Below are positions 56,618 to 64,000 of a DNA stretch of 64,000 bases, in pieces. Source of the stretch: Candidatus Woesearchaeota archaeon (GTDB lineage: Archaea; Nanobdellota; Nanobdellia; Woesearchaeales; SKIA01). The DNA is taken from the NCBI GenBank assembly GCA_043771635.1, contig JAYVHA010000007.1, forward strand, positions 2,233 through 66,232, written 5' to 3'. The number at the start of each line of letters is the position of its first letter. Within the stretch, counting starts at the first letter, position 1. Under the pieces are notes generated by a model. The model was not told where the DNA came from, searched no databases, and was given only the letters and a program-made list of their open reading frames with translations. The position numbers and the translations under genes were made by a program.

Positions 56618-59617
56618 TCACTCTTTTACGGCGTGCACAGGCCGTGCGCCACCCCTAATTCTTGCAGGAGATCTATGGGAGAACAGATTAGAAAGTAGGC
56701 CTGGTACTTCGTTGCGTACGAGTATTGGTCGCTCGAGGGTACGCTCGTAGGCTCGTTTGAACTCTGCGTCTGTCAATACTATGTGTACTTCGTCGTACTG
56801 CTCGTCTAGGTCAGCGAATTTTTGTTGTATGTTTCTTCTGTTCTTTTTGTATTGAGATCCTGTTTCTACTTCTATCGCTATATTTCGTCCTCTTGTGTCC
56901 TTGAATACCACGTCTGCGTCGCTTACAATGTTTACTTCTACTTCTTGCGTGTGTTGCTTGATGTGTTCTTTGATGTTTTGTACTAGGAACGTGTGCGCTA
57001 TTGTCTCTACTTTGTTTGTTTTTACCCAGCATTCTTCTTGCCTTGGCTTTCCTATAGGCACGAACATTCCTTTCACGTATCCGTTGTGTACTAGGTAGTT
57101 TTTGTCTGCGAAGCTCATTCCTGTGCCGTATATGAGTCCTTTCTCTGTGTTTACGGTTATGTCTACTTCTTTTTTTTCATCTGGTTTTGTTATTGTCTTT
57201 GTTTTTTCGTTCGGGTTTGTTGTAATTAATTCGTGTTCTTTCTCTGAGGCTATTACGCTTAGTTCCTGGTGGTCGTTGTCGAGTATGAGAATTCCTTTTC
57301 CTTGTGTTGCTGTGAGTAGGTAGTTCTTTTCTGGTGTGCTAAGGTGGAATGTTCGCACTACGCTGTCTATTATGGCTGGTTTTTGTCTTAGGAGAAATGT
57401 GTAGCTGCTGTTCGCTAGTACCGCGTGTCCTGCGTTGCTGTTCACTAGGTCTGCCACGTCTTGTGTTATTAGGAGTAGTCCCATGTTGAATTTTCTACAG
57501 GTTTTTACTATTTCGAATAGGTATCCTGCTTCTTCTGTGTGGCTTAGAAGGCTCCATGCTTCGTCCACGACAAGCATTTTCTTGCCTGGACGGGTCTTCA
57601 TGTTCATGTATGCGTAGTCAAGAATTAGGAACATTACTATTGGCTTGACTTGTTTTGGCATGTCGCCTATGTTGAAGCATACGAAATTGTTTTCGTAGTT
57701 GATGTTTGTTTGTCTGTTAAGAAAGTTGTATACTCCGTCAGTGTACATGTAGAGTCTGTTGATGAGTGCTCTGTACGTTATTTTCTCTGATTGCGCGGCT
57801 TTCCTGTCCATTTCGACGAGTGTTTTGTATAAGTCTTTGAGAATGGGTGGTTTGTTCTTTTTTCCGCGGTCAGCTGTTATGCCTTTTCTTGCGTACGTCT
57901 CGTTTACTGCCTTGTCGAGTATGCTCTTTTGAACTTCGCTTAGCTCCCCGAACATTATTCTGAACAAGTCCATTAGTGCCAGTCGTTTCTCGATATAGTC
58001 GTGTCCCATTAAATCCAAGGGGTTAATCATCGTCTTGCTGGTGCGACTTATGCTGATCTGCTCTCCGTTGCATGCTTGCACGAGCCCCGTATACTCTCCT
58101 TGGGGGTCGATGACGGTTACGCTTGTTCCATTGAGTATTTGGCGGCTTACAAGGAGCTTTGTGAAGTAGCTTTTCCCTGCGCCACTCGTTGCCAATACTA
58201 TTCCGTTTGCGTTGTTTAGGTTGAATATGTCTTTGATGTACGGCACGTTATTTTTGTTGAGACCTAGAAGGGTTCCGCTTAACTCCATTGTTAGGAACGG
58301 GCTTGTGAATGGGAAGAACGCGCTTAAGGCGCCGGTTGTAACGTTTCTTCGCTCTCCCAGGTAGTTTTTGCCGAACGGCATCATTGACTTGTATGCCGCA
58401 AGCTGCCGAAAGAGCGGCGCTTTCGGGATAATCATTATGCTGTGCAGCTCTGCTTCGACTTTTCTTGTGAGCAGGTTAAGCTCTTCTTTCGTGTTGGCTT
58501 TGCAGGCTATGAGAAGGCTTACGTTGAATAGTTTCTCTTCGCCCTTTTGAAGGGCTTCAAGGACTTTGAGTGTGTCTCGGTACTTAATTTCAAGGCTCGG
58601 GTTAATACTCTTTCTCTGCTCTTCAGAGTACAGGTCGGCTCTTTGCTTTTGGAGTTCTTGGTTTAGAATAAGCATGGTTGTTTCTATGCTGAAAGGCTCT
58701 ACGTGAATGCTTATGTCATAGTCTTCGTTACTGCTAATTATTTTATCTAGGAACCCGCTTTCCACATTTCTAGGATACCCTGTCGCGACCACTACGCGCA
58801 CAAGCTTCCCGTCAACGTCCAGGTAATCAGCGTGATCCTTGATTCTTCCCGGCGCTACAAGGGAATGCACTCCTTTTACGCTGCTAGGGTGCTCTGACGG
58901 TTTAGTATTGTAGGATTGCGCCAAGAACTCTAGCAACGCATTCTGCCCTAGCCGCTCTACTTGCAAGCCCATGCTTTCAAGCCTATCTTGACATAGCTTA
59001 GATTGAATACTGAGATCTGCTCTTTTTGGTATTATGACGAAAAACTCTCTGTTTCTTTGCGTTGCTGTTTTGGCATTTATGTACATTGAAAACTCTTCGA
59101 ACCGTTGTTTGTCTTTAGTTCGCTCCTCTAAGCTCGCGAGGTATTTGTCAAGGTTCAGAGTTTGCGTGTTTACTAGTATTTGTACTGGAAAGTCAAGGCT
59201 GTTCAGGAACTTTTGGAAACCAGCTATAATGCCTTCCTTCTCCGCATCAGTTTTTATGCCGAAGTTGATAGTGGCAACTCTTAGAACAGCGACGCTATCC
59301 TCAGCGATTATGGTGTCGTTTACGACTTCTTTAATGGGAAAAGCCTGGCTCATGTGCTTTGTACCGAGAAGTACTTCTCTGTGGCGTATGTAACCTATTG
59401 CGTTCCTTACCCATGACCACATGTTAAAGAAAATAAACAGTACGCCAAGCACTATCGGCACAACTGCCACACCCATCTTAACGTACAGCGATAGATTACT
59501 TGCGAGCGCGGCAAGTACGAAGAACCCGAAGAATGCAGCCCAGCCAAGCTGCGTAAACGTCAGGCCAAAAACTATTCGCTCTTTGTGCTGAAGCTGCTGC
59601 GGAATTTCGTAACTCAT
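56618..59617 (-). CDS. VirB4/TrbE/CedB-like (HerA-FtsK superfamily) DNA-transfer ATPase with N-terminal TM segments and C-terminal PD-(D/E)xK-like nuclease-like domain
   Basis: N-terminal TM helices. Walker A IVLATSGAGKSYF. Walker B KKMLVVDEAWSLL. ..LLLITQDVADL. C-terminal ~200 aa with DADVVFKD..RNIAIEVETGSQYKK (D..E.K-like). Confidence 0.75.
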   Translation of the reverse strand: MSYEIPQQLQHKERIVFGLTFTQLGWAAFFGFFVLAALASNLSLYVKMGVAVVPIVLGVLFIFFNMWSWVRNAIGYIRHREVLLGTKHMSQAFPIKEVVNDTIIAEDSVAVLRVATINFGIKTDAEKEGIIAGFQKFLNSLDFPVQILVNTQTLNLDKYLASLEERTKDKQRFEEFSMYINAKTATQRNREFFVIIPKRADLSIQSKLCQDRLESMGLQVERLGQNALLEFLAQSYNTKPSEHPSSVKGVHSLVAPGRIKDHADYLDVDGKLVRVVVATGYPRNVESGFLDKIISSNEDYDISIHVEPFSIETTMLILNQELQKQRADLYSEEQRKSINPSLEIKYRDTLKVLEALQKGEEKLFNVSLLIACKANTKEELNLLTRKVEAELHSIMIIPKAPLFRQLAAYKSMMPFGKNYLGERRNVTTGALSAFFPFTSPFLTMELSGTLLGLNKNNVPYIKDIFNLNNANGIVLATSGAGKSYFTKLLVSRQILNGTSVTVIDPQGEYTGLVQACNGEQISISRTSKTMINPLDLMGHDYIEKRLALMDLFRIMFGELSEVQKSILDKAVNETYARKGITADRGKKNKPPILKDLYKTLVEMDRKAAQSEKITYRALINRLYMYTDGVYNFLNRQTNINYENNFVCFNIGDMPKQVKPIVMFLILDYAYMNMKTRPGKKMLVVDEAWSLLSHTEEAGYLFEIVKTCRKFNMGLLLITQDVADLVNSNAGHAVLANSSYTFLLRQKPAIIDSVVRTFHLSTPEKNYLLTATQGKGILILDNDHQELSVIASEKEHELITTNPNEKTKTITKPDEKKEVDITVNTEKGLIYGTGMSFADKNYLVHNGYVKGMFVPIGKPRQEECWVKTNKVETIAHTFLVQNIKEHIKQHTQEVEVNIVSDADVVFKDTRGRNIAIEVETGSQYKKNRRNIQQKFADLDEQYDEVHIVLTDAEFKRAYERTLERPILVRNEVPGLLSNLFSHRSPARIRGGARPVHAVKE

Positions 59618-61638
59618 TAGATTACTCCGCCGAGATACTTCGCAGCTTGAGCGACGCTTCCTCCCATGTCGCCTAGAGCCGACTTAGTGATGATGTGCTT
59701 GCCGAGAACCAAGAATAGCAAGTTAACGAGCAGAAAGCACGTTATCATGATAACTATCTTGAAATTTTGAAACAATTCAACTTGTACGAGCATACTGCTT
59801 GCAAGAATGATAATGGAAGCTAGAAACGTACTGAAAATTGCCATGCCAAGCAAGTTAAGAATGAGCTTACCATAACTGCGGAGCGGAGGCACGAAGTAGC
59901 AGAAAATACCAACAGGAGCAAATATGACACCCGCAGCAACCACCAAGTACCGAAGCGTAAGAACCACGATCGTGGCGAGCAAAACCACGGCGTAGGTGAG
60001 AACGAGCAAGAACTCAAGAGCAACATTCACCACGTTATCTGCAGTTAACTGAAAGAACGCAGGATCAACTTGCACTAGCACCGTACTTGCGAGAGCGGAA
60101 CCGAGCTCAAGCATAAGACCGTACAAGTAAAAGCTAGCTTGAACGAAAATAATTAGCAAAATAGCATTCTTTAGCGACTCCTTAGCAAGCTCGCGCTTAA
60201 CTACATCATGACCACTCGTCATAAACTGATAACCAGCGTACAAAAACAAGAAACCATAAAGAATACTCAGCAACGCTACAATTACTTGCCACACGCCTTG
60301 AAACAATGCGATACTTGGCGGATTCTCGATGAGACTGCGCGTAAAGTCAAGCAAAGGCTGCAAAGGAGCATTCAAAGCGCCAATCAGGAACTCGAAGAAC
60401 TTCTGGGGAATACACGTCGCAAGATTGGTTATACCACAATCATCCGCTCGGACACCAGGAAGAGCTGCAATAGCTGCCAGAACGACGCCGAACAGCGGCG
60501 GGAACTTCTTACGAGCAAATCGTATCAAAACAAGTATCAAGAGAATGAGAAGAAGCAGCTTGAAACCGAACTTAAGATCGGACGAGAATCTAGTTTGTTT
60601 GAACGGCGTGAAAATAGCACCAGTAATATTTCTCGCGCAAGACAAAGTCTTAGTGTCGAAGAAGTCGCTAAGAACGAGGTTGCAAGCGCTCGAGTCCTTA
60701 ACCGTTACCGACCCATTACTGTAAAACAGGTTCGTAGGATACTCTTGACGCTGCCTCGTGGCTTGCAATGCAATAAAGTCGTACGGTGCCTTTGTGAAAT
60801 TAGCAGAGTAAACGAACTCACCAACAAGTAGATGGCTTTGGTTAAAATCTAAACGGACATACGTCAGATTGTCTTTGGTAAGCTCTCCGCCAACACTATC
60901 TGCGTATTGCGTGGTGAGAATGAAAGATGCGTTAGGTGAATGATTGTATGCCGCGACAGTTTGGTAATCCTGAAGAGTCAGGTTATCTAATTTGTACGTA
61001 GTGAGACTGAATGAACAACTATAGCAAGTGCTTTCGCACGCTAACCCGCAACACCGGGCAGTTGTACGGTACGTATCAACTTTAGTTGTAGCTGACAATT
61101 CTAAATTTGCTCGTATAACTGAATCTACAGGCACGGAGAAATTACTTATTTTATTTGAACCAACCGTTTCACCGTTTAGTACAATACTATAATTCTCTTG
61201 CGTATCCTCTAGCGAATATAGTATTTTGCAAATGCTACCTGTGACGCGGTTTGAATTTCTATAATCTGGCGGCAGTTCAATGGAGTAACCGTACTCGCTC
61301 CGCGCAGTTACTATTGCGGGAACATACGTGCGCCCCTCAAATAACATACTCGGCTGAATGGAGAGCAGTACAAGCCAAGCGTCTTTAATAACACCCTCAG
61401 AAGTATTTTGATAACCTTCTGGGGGACCGGTAACGATGATTCCATCATTGTACGACGCAACAAACTCGTGATCTGGCGAGCTAGTGTTCGTATAGATAAG
61501 GTTAGCAATCGCGCCAGGCGATGTTACGCTCAGCGCAAGACACGCCTCGTAACTGGGCGAAGCGAATAGCGAACAATCAAAAGCGTAAACTCCACCAACA
61601 AGCGACGACAAAAATAGAAGAAAAATAAATGATTTCAT
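59617..61638 (-). CDS. VirB6/TrbL/CedA-like polytopic membrane protein with N-terminal glycosylated Cys-rich extracellular domain
   Basis: Signal MKSFIFLLFLSSLVGGVYA. ~340-aa sequon-rich ectodomain with CCGLACESTCYSC. 6-7 TM helices in the C-terminal half. TAATG overlap with the ATPase start. Confidence 0.6.
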   Translation of the reverse strand: MKSFIFLLFLSSLVGGVYAFDCSLFASPSYEACLALSVTSPGAIANLIYTNTSSPDHEFVASYNDGIIVTGPPEGYQNTSEGVIKDAWLVLLSIQPSMLFEGRTYVPAIVTARSEYGYSIELPPDYRNSNRVTGSICKILYSLEDTQENYSIVLNGETVGSNKISNFSVPVDSVIRANLELSATTKVDTYRTTARCCGLACESTCYSCSFSLTTYKLDNLTLQDYQTVAAYNHSPNASFILTTQYADSVGGELTKDNLTYVRLDFNQSHLLVGEFVYSANFTKAPYDFIALQATRQRQEYPTNLFYSNGSVTVKDSSACNLVLSDFFDTKTLSCARNITGAIFTPFKQTRFSSDLKFGFKLLLLILLILVLIRFARKKFPPLFGVVLAAIAALPGVRADDCGITNLATCIPQKFFEFLIGALNAPLQPLLDFTRSLIENPPSIALFQGVWQVIVALLSILYGFLFLYAGYQFMTSGHDVVKRELAKESLKNAILLIIFVQASFYLYGLMLELGSALASTVLVQVDPAFFQLTADNVVNVALEFLLVLTYAVVLLATIVVLTLRYLVVAAGVIFAPVGIFCYFVPPLRSYGKLILNLLGMAIFSTFLASIIILASSMLVQVELFQNFKIVIMITCFLLVNLLFLVLGKHIITKSALGDMGGSVAQAAKYLGGVI

Positions 61639-61964
61639 GCGACCAAGTACTGGATAACATAAGGAGCTATCCAGATCACCCCTAGGCCAACAATAACATA
61701 GCCAGCCATCTTCTTAGCCTGAGAACGCGCAGCCTGATCATCACCACTAGTGATAAAAGTAACACCAGCAAAGACCAAGAACAAAACCGCAATTACGGAA
61801 GCAGCGTACTTAATGAAATTATAGACCTTCATAACAGGCGACAAAATCAAATCGAAAGTAGCCTGATCCTGCGCACTAATAACCTGATTATAATCAACAG
61901 CAAAAGCAGCAGGCAACAAAACAAATAATACAGCCAAAATACCATACAATAACTTCTTCATCAT
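61635..61964 (-). CDS. VirB2/TrbC-like pilin candidate (signal peptide + two TM helices)
   Basis: 109 aa. MMKKLLYGILAVLFVLLPAAFA signal, then two hydrophobic helices. Strong SD AAGGAGGTGG before ATG. ATGA overlap with the downstream gene. Confidence 0.5.
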   Translation of the reverse strand: MMKKLLYGILAVLFVLLPAAFAVDYNQVISAQDQATFDLILSPVMKVYNFIKYAASVIAVLFLVFAGVTFITSGDDQAARSQAKKMAGYVIVGLGVIWIAPYVIQYLVA

Positions 61965-62426
61965 TCCACCTCCTTAAGCTCCATATGAGCTATGGCATCC
62001 AAAAGCCGCAAATATGCCTCGACAGAACCATACTTCCAAGTCAGAAAAGCAGCACAAGAAAAGCAAAAAGCAACATCAGAACCAGCAAGCCGTCCACCAC
62101 ACAAAGCACATTCAGCTACAAACACCATACAAACCTAAGAATTGCGATGACTAAAGTAAGGAACTCAGAGAATGTATAACAAAGCCGGCACTTATCTAGA
62201 GCTAACTCGCTGCCAACGGCGACTGCATTTTTTACATGTATAATCTGTTCGAAAATCCGTTACAGCAACAGGTCTAGATTCTGTTCGAACAACAGACCAG
62301 TTAGAATGCCGCGACTATGTTCAAATCATAACCATTCTAACTCGGAGAATGTAATACGCATGACTGTAACATACCTGTCGCATACCCGACAAGCTTTAAT
62401 TCGCATAACACTTTTAGGTTAATGTC

Positions 62427-62882
62427 ATGCTGTCCACACTCGAAAAAGAAGTTAACGCAGAACTAAGCAGAACCGATGAGAACTTTCGGCAGTTGGACAA
62501 CAAGATATCGCAAATAACAGCAGTAAACACGGGTTTAATCGTATTATTTACGAGCATAATCAAGCTTAACGAGTTGGAGGGTCTTGCTACCGTCGGCTTC
62601 TCGATAGGAATCTTGGGGTATATAGCGTCTTTGATAGTGTTGATTGTAGCTTACACTCCACGATCGTCCGAGGCAATAGACACTTTCAAACTGCTTGCGA
62701 AATTTGAAAAAAAAGGATTCAAGAGCGAAGATGAACTTAGAAAAGCCATTTTGGGTGGCCTCGCAGAGTCCACCAGTCAAACAAAAAAGCACAGCAGTAA
62801 GAAAAGCAAGCTGCTAACTTGGGGCATTGCTATATGCCTTTCGTCCACAATCTTGCTTAGCATCATACTTACGGTAAAATAA
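62427..62882 (+). CDS. hypothetical membrane protein (151 aa)
   Basis: Two hydrophobic helices. Divergent from the transfer operon. Confidence 0.35.
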   Translation: MLSTLEKEVNAELSRTDENFRQLDNKISQITAVNTGLIVLFTSIIKLNELEGLATVGFSIGILGYIASLIVLIVAYTPRSSEAIDTFKLLAKFEKKGFKSEDELRKAILGGLAESTSQTKKHSSKKSKLLTWGIAICLSSTILLSIILTVK

Positions 62883-63095
62883 TGACGGAAGAACCTAAAC
62901 CAAATAGAAAGCCTCCCTTCTACGACCCTGAGATAATGGGGACAAGAGACGAAACGCTTCAATACAAGTCGAACGATCCTCGTAAGGGCAAAGATTCAAA
63001 ATAATTTTTAACTTCTTTTACACTTTCAAAGCAGAAAGATATGAGCGCAACCTAGAATGTGAAGCATCAGACATTCGTTCAACGTTGGGCGCCCA

Positions 63096-63809
63096 CTACA
63101 CATCTATACGTCTTTGAGCTGCCTTGACGAATTCGGGGCTGAGTTCGCACCCTAGGAAGTCTCTTCCGCTGATTTTGGCCGCTACAGCTGTACTACCAAT
63201 CCCTATAAACGGGTCAAGAACCACATCGCCCTCTTGGCTACTTGTCTCAATAAGTCTCTTGAGAACGCTCAATGGTTTTTGAGTGGGGTGAAATGCCATT
63301 CCGTTTTCTTGCTTTAATCTTTCTCTGCCTTGAAGCGCCGGTGTAATGAAAATGTTTTTCATGGCGGGTTGACTTTCGAAATTGAATGTTATTTTGTTGA
63401 GTTTTGTTTTGTCGTTTATTGCGTATATGATGTATTCGTTTGCGAATACCCAGTTCGTTTTACTTAATCGAGGCGGAGGGTTCGTCTTACTCCATACGAG
63501 AAGGTTTCTGAAGAACCAGTTTTCTTGGAATATTTTCATATATACTGGGATTTGTTCTGTGCTGCAGAACACGTAGATTTGCCCGTTTGGTTTTAAGACT
63601 CGTTTGATTTCGCGCATTACTGGCACCGGATCAAAGTTGTAGTCCCACTCACCAAAATCTTTACGGATTACTCGTCCCTGAAATAATATGTTGGTTTTGC
63701 GCGATACGTTGTATGGTGGATCCGTCACGACGAGATCTACACAATTGTCAGGAAGTGTTTTCAAGTACTCCAGACAATCCATGCAAGCGATCGTGTTAAG
63801 TGCGAACAT
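63096..63809 (-). CDS. beta-class N6-adenine/N4-cytosine DNA methyltransferase
   Basis: Motif IV DLVVTDPPYNV precedes motif I VVLDPFIGIGSTAVAA (beta-class order). Confidence 0.8.
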   Translation of the reverse strand: MFALNTIACMDCLEYLKTLPDNCVDLVVTDPPYNVSRKTNILFQGRVIRKDFGEWDYNFDPVPVMREIKRVLKPNGQIYVFCSTEQIPVYMKIFQENWFFRNLLVWSKTNPPPRLSKTNWVFANEYIIYAINDKTKLNKITFNFESQPAMKNIFITPALQGRERLKQENGMAFHPTQKPLSVLKRLIETSSQEGDVVLDPFIGIGSTAVAAKISGRDFLGCELSPEFVKAAQRRIDV

Positions 63810-63841
63810 AGAAGCATAAAGTTCGCCTTAACCTATATCAA

Positions 63842-63864
63842 GAACTCAGAGAATGTATAACACT
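63842..63864 (-). promoter_or_regulatory. conserved promoter/operator motif upstream of methyltransferase gene (GTTATACA TATA + ACTCnGAGT palindrome)
   Basis: Minus strand reads gtgTTATACAttctCTGAGTTcttgatatagg..ATG. 46 nt from the TATA end to the ATG, identical spacing to repeat copies B and C. Related copies at 62161-62182 and 62338-62360. Confidence 0.45.
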
Positions 63865-64000
63865 AAATGAATCAGTTTAGCATACTTCAAATATAGCGTG
63901 TATTCGTGTCGCTCCTGTGATGTGATTCTAAAGAGGGTATACTCTCCAAAGATAAGTTTCCTGTTCGCGTGCTTTTTATCCACAATGCCAGCGTCTCAGG

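Overview
Archaeal contig: the left 5.1 kb is a minus-strand rRNA operon, the centre is chromosomal genes, and the right 25 kb is an accessory island that includes a previously undescribed archaeal RHS/Tc-like toxin locus. Everything here is read from the sequence by eye; no searches were run.

1. rRNA operon (1-5102, minus strand).
- Order is 16S, then a tRNA-Ala(TGC) in the spacer, then 23S. The 23S is truncated at the window start.
- The 23S carries an ORF-less intervening sequence of about 445 nt in the conserved ..CTCTCTTAAGGTA|..|AGCGAAAT.. site.
- The 16S 5' end is divergent. The lineage is archaeal: archaeal-type MAT and ProRS, sequon-rich surface proteins, and leaderless TATA promoters about 30 nt before the start codons.

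2. Core chromosomal region (5.7-39 kb).
- Conserved genes: MscS channel, TrhO-like rhodanese, YaaA, ProRS, UvrD-like helicase, YpfJ metallopeptidase, hemolysin-III, SOUL protein, S51 peptidase, archaeal SAM synthetase.
- A 1776-aa C-terminally anchored surface protein combines a GSDH-like beta-propeller, malectin-like, cytochrome b5-like, YVTN propeller, tandem cupredoxin and PEGA domains.
- A tightly coupled six-gene plus-strand operon (31748-37943) encodes a DHQS/G1PDH-superfamily enzyme, an LmbE/PIG-L deacetylase, two GT4 glycosyltransferases, a radical-SAM enzyme and a HAD hydrolase. A convergent APH-family kinase follows.

3. Accessory island (39-64 kb).
- A DEDDh exonuclease lies divergent from an OLD-family ATPase-Toprim nuclease.
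- RHS/Tc-like polymorphic toxin locus:
  - A 1686-aa TcB-like protein: SpvB-N, FG-GAP-like propeller, many YD repeats.
  - It overlaps a 1371-aa signal-peptide protein: three LamG domains, terminal YD repeats, RHS core with DPxG motifs, and a barnase-family RNase C-terminal toxin.
  - A barstar-family immunity gene follows, translationally coupled.
  - Next is an orphan copy of the RHS 3' half. It shares an approximately 2-kb, roughly 95% identical direct repeat with the main gene. It carries a different glycine-rich hydrophobic C-terminal toxin and its own small 3-TM candidate immunity protein.
- Downstream, a conjugation/Ced-like module contains two overlapping RHH regulators, a short TFB homologue, a 999-aa VirB4/HerA-like ATPase with a C-terminal nuclease-like domain, a VirB6-like protein, a VirB2-like pilin candidate, and a beta-class DNA methyltransferase.

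4. Dispersed promoter-bearing repeat.
- Copies lie in intergenic regions at about 23.9, 24.6, 28.1-28.4, 31.6 and 38.8-39.1 kb. They are related to the small gene at 30601-30924.
- Some copies also hold a plus-strand TATA box ('gatttataa', tttatata, tttaataa) that drives leaderless genes.
- The minus-strand motif also precedes the methyltransferase start (63842) and recurs at 62161 and 62338. It consists of a TATA-like 'GTTATACA', a palindromic 'ACTCnGAGT' and a start codon 46 nt after the TATA.

5. No CRISPR array or integrase was seen in the window.
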